Assembly: GCA_036785375.1 (NCBI GenBank)
Contig: JAWMAR010001015.1
Coordinates: forward strand, 248,001 to 312,000
Direction of reading: 5' to 3'
DNA from: Leucoraja ocellata
Lineage: Eukaryota
Length of the DNA: 64,000 nt
In this document: positions 24,849 to 37,722 of the stretch, piece by piece
Position numbering within the stretch: position 1 is the first letter of the stretch
How the letters are laid out: the number at the start of each line of letters is the position of its first letter
Program-made: the position numbers and the translations under genes
The notes under the pieces: model-generated
Databases searched by the model: none
The model's input: only the letters and a program-made list of their open reading frames with translations
What the model was told of the DNA's origin: nothing

Positions 24849-26323
24849 CCTCCTCTGGACCCTCTCCAATGCCGGCACATCCTTCCTCAGATATAGGGCC
24901 AAAACTGCTCACAATACTCCAAATGCAGGTTCTCCATTCACTAACACAACCCTCCGGATATATAAAGATATTCTTACTTGATAAGAATTTTTATCTCACG
25001 GAATATAAAACAAAATTAAAATTAAAAAAGCAGACCCTTAATTTTGTGGACAACACTCCCACCCAGTGGTGTAACGCCGCAATGACAGCTCCAGTTATTT
25101 TGTTGTCACCTTGATATTCGCTCGACATCTGTATTTGGAAATCAGGACATTCTATGAATAAAATAGGTTTTAAAATTTAAAGCTAGTTTTTTTTTTGTGG
25201 ATAAGCAGGCGGTGCTTTGCTGTGATGACGAACCTTTATGAATTGTGGACCCAGAGATGACTTTATGAGTTTATTAAGTTCTAGGAGTGGATTCTTAATT
25301 AGCGCGGGTGTCAGGGGTTATGGGACGAAGGCATGAGAATGGGGTTGAGAGGGAAAGAGACATCAGCCATGGTTTAAATGGCGGAGTACTCGATGGTCTT
25401 AATGGACTAATTTTGCTCCTATCTCTAATGGACATGAATTAAAGTTATGTGATAAAATACAGGGACCTGTCATAGTGGTGGGAGTGTTGACCGCAAAATA
25501 ATGAAGGAGGGGCAACTTTATATAGTCAATGGAGGGCACCATTAAATAGTTATTGGAGGGCACTATCAAATAGGAGCGAGAGAGTGAGAGAGAGAGACGG
25601 GGGGGGGGGGGGGGAGTGAGGGAGGGAGGGAGGGATGGGGCGAGAAAAGAGGAGGAAGAGATCTCTCTCCCCTCAGTCACTCCTCTTTTTCCGGCCCTTA
25701 TTCACTCCTCTACTTCACTACATTCACTCCCTTCCTCCACTCATTCACTCCATCCCCACCCTCTCTGAGATTTTCTCCCTCCCTAATCATTCTCTCCCTC
25801 ATTCATTCCCTCCCTTCTCTCATTCACACCTACCACCTCCCACCTCCCTCTCCCCCCTTATTCTCTCCCTCGCTCGCTCAGTCACACACTTTCTTTCACC
25901 CTTCAGCCCACATTCCCCTCCCTCTATCCCATCTTCCCCAACACCATTCCATCTCCCTCTCTTGCTCTCCTTCTCTCTCTTTTTTTTTGTTTTCAAAAAC
26001 TTTATTCGACGACTTCCGGTTGCGCCATGCTAGGCTAGCAGTCGCAACTTTTAGCTCCGCTCCTGTGGAAACGCGATTTTTTGCGTTAAAATTGTGTCTG
26101 GAAGTCGGGACCAATTCAAAAAACTCACCAGAGCCCTGGGATGTCGCGCTGATGACGTCATCAGTAAGCGCTGCAATTTAAAACGGAGGGAAAAGCAGTT
26201 TAAATGAAAAAAACGTCTCCAGCTCAGAGCCCTCAGAGAAACATCTCAAAACTGCTGAAAACACAGAAAAGTGAAGAACAGACCTCTGAAGTGGATTCTG
26301 GAATGGCTACAAGATCCAAGACT

Positions 26324-27706
26324 GAGATAGCTACTAAGGAGAAAAATTAAATGGAGGAGACACTGCCCCAGGGAGCAGTGGAAGCAGAAACTTTAAATAT
26401 ATTTAAGACTAAAATAGATGGTTTTTTAGCTGCCAAGGGGATAAGGGGCTACGGGGAGAGGGCAGGGATATGGACCTAGGTATGGTTAGTATAGTAAGAC
26501 CTGAGTGATCTCCTGGACAAGTGTCGATCGCCTGGATTGGGGTCGGAGAGGAATTTCCCGGATTTTTTTTCCCGAATTGGACCTGGGTTTTTATCCGTTT
26601 TTTTGCCTCCCCCAGGAGATCACGAGGTTCTTGGGGTGGAGAGGGGTGATAGCGGTATAAAGGGGAAGGTAGTGTCTTGTGTTCTGTGTCTTGTGTCCAC
26701 TGTTTGTGGGTAAGTGTGTCTGTTTAGTGTTCAGCCATGAGCGAATGGCGGTGCGGACTCGACGGACCTGGTGGTCTACTCTCGCACCTACTTTCTATGT
26801 TTTCTATGTTTTCTAAAGAGCTCGGTAAGAGATTTGAGAAAGGATATTGAGGCTGGAAACTCAAAAATGTTGGAAAGTATGGAAAATATGAATGTTAAAT
26901 CAATGGAAAATATGGCAAACATTAATGCTGGTAATCAAAAAATTATTGACTGCATTGGTATTATACAAAAACGAATTGAGGATGTGCATGAAGAGCTAGT
27001 GGTGAGAATTAAGAAAGGCGAAGAAGAAACTGAGAAGAAGTTTGAGTCTGTGAATGTAATTGTTTCTTCACATGGAACCGAAATAAAAGACATGGAAACA
27101 GTGGTTGAACAAATGGCTGAAGATATGCAGGGAATGAAGCTAGAAGTGGACAGCCTCAAGAGTCAACTGGCAAAATTTTCAGATAAATGCCTTGATCTTG
27201 AAGCTTGCTCACGACGCCAAAATCTACGAATACTGGGAGTAACAGAAGGGGCAGAAGGGGACAACGCTCGTGGGTTCACTGCCAACCTAATCAAACAGGT
27301 ACTCAATCTACCTGTGGAACCAGAAATTGAAGTGGCACATCGAATACCAAGATTTAAGCCAAGAGCACAAGCAGATCCAGCCCACCCACGACAGATCATA
27401 GTCAAACTTCGGGACATTTCAGCACTTGAGGACCTGATGAAAAAAATCAAATATGGAGTGAAGATGACCTTTGGACAAGACACTATCAAACTCCTGTGGG
27501 ACTATCCCTTTGAGATTGTTCAAAAGAGAAGAAAGTTTGAACAGACAAGACAGATTCTCTATGGAGTCAAAGATGTTAGATGTGGCGTTTTTTATCCGGC
27601 CAGAATGCGCATTACTTACAAGGGAAAAAAGAAAACTTTCACTAACTCGGACGCATCTTATAAATGTGCCAAAGAGATTGTCGCAAAGGCAGAAACAGAA
27701 GATTAA
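26324..27706 (+). pseudogene. L1 ORF1p (coiled coil plus RRM/CTD), disrupted near the N-terminus
   Basis: DLEACSRRQNLRILGVTEGAEG, IEVAHRI, PRQIIVKL, DYPFEIVQKRRKF and YPARMRI. Has an early stop and a CR1 insertion. Confidence 0.85.
26363..26813 (+). mobile_element. CR1 3' end nested in L1 ORF1
   Basis: Nearly identical to ~42756-43205, with a (ctatgttt)n tail. Confidence 0.9.
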
Positions 27707-27825
27707 CCACACCAGCGGGAGTATATGAAGATTTTCGTGCCTTTTATTATCCCACAGAGAACACCCGAAGACAAAGGAAGAAATAACACTCTCTAAAAGT
27801 TTAAAATGGAACCTAATTTCCACGT

Positions 27826-29214
27826 CAAGTCAAGTCAAGTCAAGTCAAGTTTTATTTGTCACATACACATACGAGATGTGCAGTGAAATGAAAGTGGCAA
27901 TGCTCGTGGAACAACAAAACAACCAAACAAATTATAAACACAATCATAACACACATATTATTTTACATAATAAATAATAGAAGGAAAAAACGTTCTGTAC
28001 AGTTAGTCCCTGGTGAGAAAGGTGTTTACAGTCCGAATTGCCTCTGGGAAGAAACTCCTTCTCAACCTCTCCGTTCTCACTGCATGGCAACGGAGGCGTT
28101 TGCCTGACCGTAGCGGCTGGAACAGTCTGTTGCAGGGGTGGAAGTGGTCTCTCATGATTTTGTTTGCTCTGGAGTTGCACCTCCTGTTGTATAGTTCCTG
28201 CAGGGGGGTGAGTGAAGTTCCCATAGTGCGTTCGGCCGAACGCACTACTCTCTGCAGAGCCTTCTTGTCCTTGGCAGAGCAATTCCCGAACCAGATGGTA
28301 ATGTTCCCGGACAAGATGCTTTCCACCGCCGCTGCGTAGAAGCACTGGAGGATCCTCGGAGACACTCTGAATTTCCTCAATTGCCTGAGGTGGTAAAGGC
28401 GCTGCCTTGCCTTACTCACCAGTGCTGAGGCGTGTGATGACCATGTCATATCCTCAGAGATGTGGACTCCCAGATATTTAAAACAGTTCACCCTATCCAC
28501 AGGATCCCCATTTATACTCAATGGAGTGTACGTCCTCAGATGATGTGCCCTCCTAAAGTCCATGATCAGCTCCTTCGTTTTTTTGATGTTCAAGAGGAGG
28601 CTGTTCTCCTGGCACCAGAGTGCTAGATCAGCCACCTCCTCCCGGTAGGCCTTCTCATCATTGTCTGAGATCAGGCCCACCACCACAGTGTCATCAGCAA
28701 ACTTAATTATTGAATTGGAGCTGAACCTAGCCACACAGTCATGTGTGTACAGGGAGTACAATAGGGGGCTGAGGACGCAACCCTGGGGCGATCCTGTGCT
28801 CAGGGTGAGGGACTTCGATGTATTCCCTCCCATCTTGACTACCTGGGGCCTGGCGGTGAGAAAGTCCAGGACCCAGGCACACAGGGAGGTGTTGAGCCCC
28901 AATTCCAGTAGCTTCCCGGCCAGTCTGGTGGGGACTATCGTGTTGAAGGCTGAACTGTAGTCTATGAACAGCATCCTCACGTAGCCCCCCTTCTGGCTGT
29001 CCAGATGGGAGAGAGCGGTGTGCAAGACCTGGGAGACTGCATCGTCCGTGGACCTGTTCGGACGGTATGCGAACTGCAACGGGTCCATGTTCCGAGGGAG
29101 GAAGGCGCAGATGTGATTCTTCACCAGCCTCTCAAAGCATTTCATGACTACCGAGGTAAGGGCCACCGGACGGTAGTCATTCAGGCAGGCTGGGGAGGCA
29201 TTTTTTGGTACCGG
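27826..29214 (-). mobile_element. Rex1/Babar LINE, 5'-truncated, nested in the L1 inter-ORF region
   Basis: Open RT frame: [65 protein letters not shown] and [10 protein letters not shown], with a (CTTGA)n tail. Confidence 0.9.
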
Positions 29215-32200
29215 CGTTTGTCTAGACATCTTATCTCCTTTGGACGCTTTGGAATTTAACTCAAGGACATCCTTTGTTCAGAATGAAGGAAAGACTGATG
29301 AGCTAACCAAAGATGAACATCAGAGCCAAATGTGGAAAACACCCCAAGGTCGAATGGCGAATCAAGATTTTAAAACAGTTTTACAAAATATAGAGAATTA
29401 ATAATAACTAACAATATTAATATAGAAATATAAATGGAAACTAACCTGAACTATATAATGGGTAAAAAGTAATAATCTGCTTATAAGACTGACTAGCTCA
29501 TATATAGAGATGACTAATTTTAGAATTAAAGTAGATAACATTGAAAGGATAAGGGATACGTTGTTCGTGTGAAGAAGGGAGAAGACTCAGGCACCTGGCA
29601 CAATTCCAGGAGCCTGTTTCTGGTTAACCCTTACAGCTAACAGCTTACTTTTATCAAAGATATAACTAACTATAAATAATTAGTAGATGAAAGTGTTAGA
29701 TAAATAAATTTCACAGTAGCTGAACACAGATCGGATACTGGCTAATGAAATATATATAAATATATACAGATGTAGATAAGGTAATGGGTGAAATTTAGCT
29801 GAATTTAAAATGGCACCGCCTTCTTAGGGACAGAATAATAAAAAGATCGGAGCTAACAGTGCATCATCAATTTCGGAAGTCGAATAAATGTCGGACCCCA
29901 CAGACGTGTGGGACACGCATTACAGTGTCGAACACTTCAGACACTGTAATTTTACCTGTCAATTTTTTTTTTTATCACAATATGTCACTATTATGTGGTT
30001 TTTTTCAAGCAAAATCGCAAAAGGGATCTACCAAGGAAGTTAATAATATAAACGCCCCCCAACTATCCAGAGTCCTGAGCTACGGATGCACCGTAATAAA
30101 TAAAGGTACTAAAATAAGAGAAAATGCAAGATGATAAACAAAAGAAAATGGGAGAAATCACACTGTGTAGCTGGAATATAAGGGGTATTAATGAACCAAT
30201 TAAAAGGGGCAAAATACTAGCTCAGTTGAAATCATATAACACGGACATTTCTTTTCTACAAGAAACGCACGTTAAACATCAAGACCAGATGAGATTGAGG
30301 GCGAAATGGATAGGCCAAACATTTCACTCCTCATACACATCGAAATCCAGAGGCACCGCAATTATTATTCGCAAAGGAATACCATTCAAATCAAAGAATA
30401 TTATATCAGATAAGGAAGGGAGATACCTTATAGTCACAGGAGAGATTTATGCTACGCCAATCACCTTGGTAAACATATATGCGCCCAATTGTGATAATCC
30501 TCAATTTTCTAATAAAATTCTGAATAAAATCGCAGAATCTAACTACCAAAATGTTATAATTGGAGGAGACTTCAACTGTGCTTTAGATCCGTACTTAGAT
30601 AAATCGACGCAAAAACAAAGAGGTAATATGAAATCTAAAACTAGTGAACTCTTAAATACATATATAAAAAATACAAATATAGCAGACGTTTGGAGGATCG
30701 CGAACCCGACTGGAAGGGAATACTCGTTTTATTCAATGGTGCATAAAACGTACTCACGTATAGACTATTTCCTAGTGGATTCAAAACTAATCCCTTATAC
30801 TCTTAACCCTAAATACCACACCAATACGATTTCAGACCATTACCCGCTATCTTTTGTTTTAAAACTGGAAGGAATCTCTACGAACAAATCGTTCTGGAGG
30901 TTTAACTCGCAAATTTTGAAAGACCCACAAGGGAGTATATATCTAAAAAAACAAATGGATCTATTTTTTGAGATAAATGATACACCAGATATTTCGCCTA
31001 CTTTATTATGGGAATCCTTCAAATCATTTATTAGAGGAGTCATTATCTCGTATTAAGCTTTTCAAAACAAAAAGAATAAAAATGAACAAAGACAATTAGA
31101 AGAACAAATCAGACAACTAGATATAGATAATGCTAAAGATCCAACTATGGATAAACATAATAAAATTTTAAATCTGAAATTTAAGCTAAATAAATTATTA
31201 TCAGAGAAGATTATAAGATTATTCCTAATTACTAAACAAGAACGTTTTGAATTTGGGGATAAACCCCATAAACTTTTGGCATGCCAACTGAAAAAACGGG
31301 AAAAAAATCATGCAATTTTAAAGATTAAATCAGATAGAGGGGTATTATTAACACTACCTAATGATATCAATAAAAGTTTTGCTCAATTTTACAAGAATTT
31401 ATACACATCGAAAACGCTAATAGACAATAATAAAGCTTCAGAATATTTGAACGATTGTAACCTCCCAAAACTAGAATTGAAGGAACAAGAGAAACTGGGA
31501 GCACAAATTACAGCTAAGGAAATAGAAGACACAATAAACACACTTAAGAACGGAAAAACACCAGGACCAGACGGATTCAGTAATGAATTTTATAAATGTT
31601 TTTACGATACAGTGACCCCACGCCTACAGAAAATGTATACATTTGCTTTTAAAGAACAAACCTTACCTGAAACACTAGCAGAATCAACGATCACACTAAT
31701 ACTTAAAAAAGATAAAGATATCGAAGAACCAGGATCATACAGAGCTATAGCATTGTTAAATACGGATCAAAATATATTAGCGATTTATACCTAAGAGACA
31801 CTCGTTTAATAACCTGAGACGTCTGCTTAACATAATGCACTCTCACAAATCTCAAGAACAAGAGTTATCTATCATTTCATTGGCCACAGAAAAAGCATTT
31901 GATCAAGTAGAATGGGAATATATGTTTAAAGTATTGCAAAAATTTCAAATGAGAGAGAGCTTCATCGCATGGATAAAATTATTATATAACAAACCCACGG
32001 CTAGAATATTAACTAATAATATACTATCTACGAAATTCCAATTAACAAGGGGCAATAGACAAGGGTGTTCATTATCACCGCTATTATTCACTCTGGTAAT
32101 TGAACCTTTAGCTGAAAAAATTAGAACACATCCTAATTCTGTGAAAAAATTAGAACATATCCTAACATATGGGTATAATACAAAACATTCAAATAACAAA

Positions 32201-33400
32201 ATATCCTTATATGCAGACGATGTACTACTATATATCACAAAACCCCAAATCAGTATACCAAACATATTGAACCTAATCGAGGATTTCGGTTCTTTCTCAG
32301 GATACTGAATAAACTGGAACAAAAGTGAAATTATGTCGATAAAACCGAAAGACTCAACACATCTTTTGAAATTCCCCTTTAAAATAGCTACAGAAAAATT
32401 TAAATACTTAGGAATTGAAATCACTAGAATTTATCACGGTATGTTTAATGCTAATTTTACTTCGGAGTCACGTGAGTGACCGTGAAGAACCCGCTCAGTG
32501 CGCAGGCGCGGCATTACGCCAGCAGTGCAACAGCGGCGGCAGCTGGAGTCAGGCTCTCCAGCTGCACTTTAAACAACGGACCGTCAGGTAAGTATACGGT
32601 GCGTTGGAATAACAGAGGAGAGTTGCAGTTGTGTTTGCTTTTCAGAAGTCGACACAACGCAGAAAACTCTCAAAGAGAAACTGCCCCGCTTCAACTCTAC
32701 CAGCGGGGCAGCAACCGATGGCAGCTTCGCTCTCAGAGCGTTTCACTATCCCCGAGACCGAGCCAAGCCCAGTCTCACCAAAGCCTGCACGGCGGACTGA
32801 GAAAGCGGCCAGGAAGCCCAATCGGCCGGTCATCTCCGATTCGTCGGAGGGGGACATGTCTCCACCAAAGCGGAGGAGAGACAGCTGCCTGAGCTGCATT
32901 CAGCAGCTCCTGGAGGAGATGCTCCACCGGGACACGCAACAAGAGCGCTCCCGGGGAGAAAGGACAGGTACCTCCTCCACAGTGTCTTGTGCACTGCCCT
33001 CTGCTCCCTCATTACTGGAGGCTAGCATTGGTGACCAGGGCTGGGCTGGTCTGGAACAGGGGCAGGCGGACGAACTCGGGAGTATGCTAGGGGTGCAGGA
33101 ACAGGAACAGCTGTTGGGTGTGGTGGACCGCTTTGTAGCAACCCCACGGGCTGGAGCACCGCTGGAGCCAAGAAGGACAGCCAGCATCAACCACCTATCC
33201 AATAAACCATTACTGGAAAAGGTGCTCGCCGAGGTGCTGGAACAACACACAGCACCAGAAAAGTGTCAACAGCCAAATCTGGGGGCATGTGGGGGCACAC
33301 ATCCGGACCCAAGAACTCAAGCTACAGCGGATCCTAAGGCTCCTGACGTCGGCCACCACAGCCTTTGCTCACTCCGTGGAGACTATGGAGACCAATACAT

Positions 33401-33875
33401 TTACTAGAATGTTGCCTGGGTTTCAGCAACTAAGTTACAGAGAAAGGTTGAACAAGTTAGGGCTTTATTCTTTGGAGCGCAGAAGGTTAAGGGGGGACTT
33501 GATAGAGGTTTTTAAAATGATGAGAGGGATAGACAGAGTTGACGTGGAAAAGCTTTTCCCACTGAGAGTAGGGAAGTTTCAAACAAGGGGACATGACATG
33601 AGAATTAAGGGACTGAAGTTTAGGGGTAACATGAGGGGGAACTTCTTTACTCAGAGAGTGGTGGCTGTGTGGAATGAGCTTCCAGTGAAGGTGGTGGAGG
33701 CAGGCTCGTTTTTATCATTTAAAAATAAATTGGATAGTTATATGGATGGGAAGGGAATGGAGGGTTATGGTCTGAGCGCAGGTATATGGGACTAGGGGAG
33801 ATTATGTGTTCGGCATGGACTAGAAGGGTTGAGATGGCCTGTTTCCGTGCTGTAATTGTTATATGGTTATATGGT
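33401..33875 (+). mobile_element. CR1 3' fragment nested in DIRS gag
   Basis: ATATGGTT-tail family; TSD tacat (33396-33400, 33876-33880). Confidence 0.9.
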
Positions 33876-36800
33876 TACATGCCAGCAGGATGTGCCGGCA
33901 TTAATGTGTACCACACAATTCGAGAAACAGTCTCCGGATGAAAATCATAAGACCTGCCCTCAATCCCAAATTTGCTGGCTTGTGTAAAGCCCCAGCTGCG
34001 GAGACGGACGCACTGCTATTTGGGAAAGATCTTAATAAAAAACTGAAGGAGATGGAGGAAGCTTCAAAAACCTTCGGCCTAATGAGGGCAGGCCCCGGGA
34101 CGAGCAAACCAAGACCTCCGATACCCAAGCGGCAGCACACCCACGGCATCCACCAGTTGACATCAGGAATATGGGACTGGTGAACGCTTGGGGTCCGCAC
34201 ATTGGGGTCTGCTTGGGGTCCGCAACGGGAGGGACAAGCTGAACTGGTGAGACTTATCACAAAGGGTGTCATAGAAAAGACCAAACATGAACCCTTGGAA
34301 TTTGTATCCAATATATTCACCAAAACCAAAACAGATGGTGGATGTCGCAAAATCATTGACTTAACATCCCTAAACAAGTTTGTTAAGTATATACATTTCA
34401 AACTGGAAACATTTGTTACTGCTAGACAATTGATTTCCAAAGGATACTACATGGCAAGCATTAATCTCAAAGATGCTTACTATCTAATACCCATACACAA
34501 GGATCATTGCAGATATCTAAAATTTATCTGGATGGGGCAGCTGTGGCAGTACAAAGCACTGCCTAATGGGCTCACGTCAGCCCCAAGATTGTTCACAAAT
34601 ATTGAAGCCAGCCATGGCAATACTAATGAAACAAAAACATATTGTCATGGTATATTTGGATGATATCCTCATAGTGGCAAAAACAATGGAACTGGCTGTG
34701 GCAGCAGTCTCAGCTACAAAACAGCTCCTTGAAACTCTGGGGTTCGAACTACATCCAGGTAAATCTAAGTTAAATCCATCTACTATCATGGACTAACTGG
34801 ATTTCACAATTAACTCAGTCCATATGACTGTTACCCTGCTAAGGGAAAAAATGATTGGATTAGCACAATCATGCATTAATTTAATGGTCAACAAAAGACC
34901 AACTATTCAACAAGTAGCAACAGTGATTGGTAAAATGGTAGCAGCATTTCCGGCTACACAATTTGGATCTTTGCACTATCAAAATTTACAGAGAGCAAAG
35001 GTACAGGCACTAAAACAACATAGAGGTCACTATGATCGGGTCATGATATTACCCACGGAAGCAATATCAGAGCTACAGTGGTGGACACAAAATGTTTGGC
35101 ATAGTTTTAGTCCTATTATCATCACTAACCCTACTTTAGTTCTTCAGACAGATGCCAGTGCTCAAAGCTGGGGAGCAACTAACTCCATATCCAGCACAGG
35201 TGGTAGATGGACTAACCCAGAGTCATCATTACTATCTACACTGGGCATTAACTATTTAGAAATATTGGGCGCCTTTTATGGTTTAAAAGCATATACATCC
35301 AATATGCAGCACTTGCATGTTCGGTTACAAATTGATAATACTACGGTGGTGGCTTATATTAACCATATGGGCGGCATAAAATCTTTATCATGCGACAAAT
35401 TGGTCAATATGATTTGGCAATGGTGTGTCGAAAGACATATTTGGCTTTCAGCTACCTATCTACCAGGTAAGCTAAACACAGTGGCAGACACCAGGTCACG
35501 CAAATTCAATGATAACATCAAATGGATGTTAAACCCTAAAGTATTTGCTAAAGTTATCAAGCAATATGGAACGCCAGATATCGATTTATTTGCATCAAGA
35601 CTAAATCACCAGTTACCTATGTATGTCGCTTGGGAACCAGTCCCAGAGGCAGCAGCGGTAGATGCCTTCACGCTGGATTGGGGAAAGTTCTTTTTCTATG
35701 CCTTTCTCCCCTTCTGCCTCACCGGTCGGGTACCTCGCAAAATACAGATGGACTCTGCTTCTGGCATTTTGATGGTGCCCGACTGGCCTACACAGCCAGG
35801 GTTCCCAGTACTACATGACATGGTGGAAGAATCACCTATGGTGTTTCCCAGTCATCCAGGACTATTAACTCACCCAGTATCAGGCATAAGCCACCCATGC
35901 CATGAAGACATTAAACTCCTGGGTTGTAGGTTCTAAGCAGACCTTACCTGGAACTGGGATTATCTGAACAAACCATCACCACCATGTCAGCATCCCTGCG
36001 AACATCCACCAAGAGGCAGTACTTAACCAGCATAAAAAAATGGGAAAAGTACTGCCAGGAAACAGGGACATCATATGCAACAGCCACAGTAACCAACGTA
36101 TTGCAGTTCCTGGCCTATCTACACCATCATGAAGGGATCAGCTACAGTGCCATCAACACGGCACGTATTGCTCTTTCCGCTTACTTCAAACCAGCAGGAC
36201 ATCAGGCTATGGGATCCCATCCACTGGTGGTAAAACTGATGAGGGGCATCTATAATATTAAGCCCCCAAGCCCAGGTATACCCATATTTGGGACATCAGT
36301 GTCGTCCTGATATACCTCCGGGAATGGCCACCAGCTAGATCCCTCAGCCTCGAGCAATCAACACTGAAGACGCTCATGCTGATGGCACTTGTATCCGCTC
36401 AGAGGGTCCAGTCACTACATAAATTGAGACTGGACCACATGGAGACAACCCCAGATCAGATCACATTCATTCTACAAGGTCTGGTGAAACAAAGCAGGCC
36501 AGGAACATCCAATCCACTAGTGGTATTCCGGGCCTACCCACCAGAGCCACGTATATGTGTGGTGACCCATCTACTACAGTATATGGACACAACCCACAAC
36601 ATCAGAGGGAGTGAACAAGCCTTATGGCTCAGCCCCAAAAAACCTCATGGCCGGGTAACAAGCCAAACCTTCTCAAGATGGCTAAAACAGGTATTGAAAG
36701 CTGCCGGGATAGATATTAATACCTTTAAATCTCATTCCACTAGGGCAGCGTCCATATCAACGGCAGCAAGAATGGATGTACCTATTGACCTCATCCTGAA

Positions 36801-37075
36801 TACAGCAGGATGGTCGAGGAAATCAACATTCAGAACATTTTATAATAAGCCGTTGATAAAACCTGATTCATTTGCAGCAAAGATATTAGAAGCTGCAAAT
36901 ATTTAATTTAAGCCCGGGGGAGCAATTTATTTTTGTTATTGTTAATAAATACCTTTTTGTTTTTCTTGAAAAACAGATTAATTGGTTAAATTACGATAAC
37001 ACTTCCTCCCTCAAGAACTTCGGCAGTGAGTGAATAAAACTGTTTGAAATCACAGAGCTTTGAAATCTTCACGAA

Positions 37076-37178
37076 GTCACTCACGTGACTCCGAAGTAAA
37101 ATAGTAAGATTAAACGAGAACTTACCAGTTTGAAGTTTGATCTGTATTTTATGAGGAGTTACGATGAGGGATTACGTG
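37076..37178. other. DIRS internal complementary region (ICR)
   Basis: The first 27 nt are the reverse complement of the left terminus (32454-32480). The remainder is the reverse complement of the right terminal extension (~37326-37401). Confidence 0.92.
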
Positions 37179-37722
37179 CCCTCCGCTCCCACCCTCATTA
37201 TATGGATCAAACTGATAAATTGATGTCTCTTTTTCTTTACTATGTTACTTCAAATACTTGTGTCTATCTGTGATTCCACACCGCTGCTTGGAAGTACGCC
37301 GCTCCTGCGCACTGAGCGGGTTCTTCACGTAATCCCTCATCGTAACTCCTCATAAAATACAGATCAAACTTCAAACTGGTAAATTCTCGTTTAATCTTAC
37401 TATTATAGCCCCTTACTTAAGAAATTAAACAATTTAATTAAATTCTGGAAAACGCTGCCGATGTCTTTAATAGGTCAAATAAATGCTATAAAAATGATCT
37501 TTTTACCACAAATCCTATATTTATTTCAATCAATTCCAATATTTCATCCAAATATTTTTTTCAAAAAATTAGACTCAGACATCACAAACTTTATATGGGA
37601 TTATAAATCCCCCAGAATACAAAGAGCACACCTTAGTAAACCAAAAGAGATGGGTGGTCTAGTGCTCCCTAACTTTATATACTATAATTGGGCGGTAAAT
37701 ATTAAAAATATGATTCACCTGC

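Larger units (their letters stand above)
32454..37404 (+). mobile_element. DIRS1-type tyrosine-recombinase retrotransposon (termini intact, ORFs frameshifted)
   Basis: Contains a gag-like region, RT (LKDAYY, LPNGL, YLDDIL), RNase H (TDAS, IDNTT, ADTRSR), a methyltransferase-like domain (IDLFASRLN) and YR (HSTR, AGW, FRTFY). Inverted termini cgtgaagaacccgctcagtgcgcagg, an ICR, and ATT at both junctions. Confidence 0.95.

Noticed and set aside
25965-26010. Tx1 element as a (TC)n-target-specific family
   Set aside because: The 3' end abuts a CT tract, but the 5' junction is truncated against a Penelope fragment, so no TSD or target can be established.
35560-35800. DNA adenine methyltransferase-like domain as a novel or horizontally acquired gene
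   Set aside because: It is a known component of DIRS1 pol downstream of RNase H.
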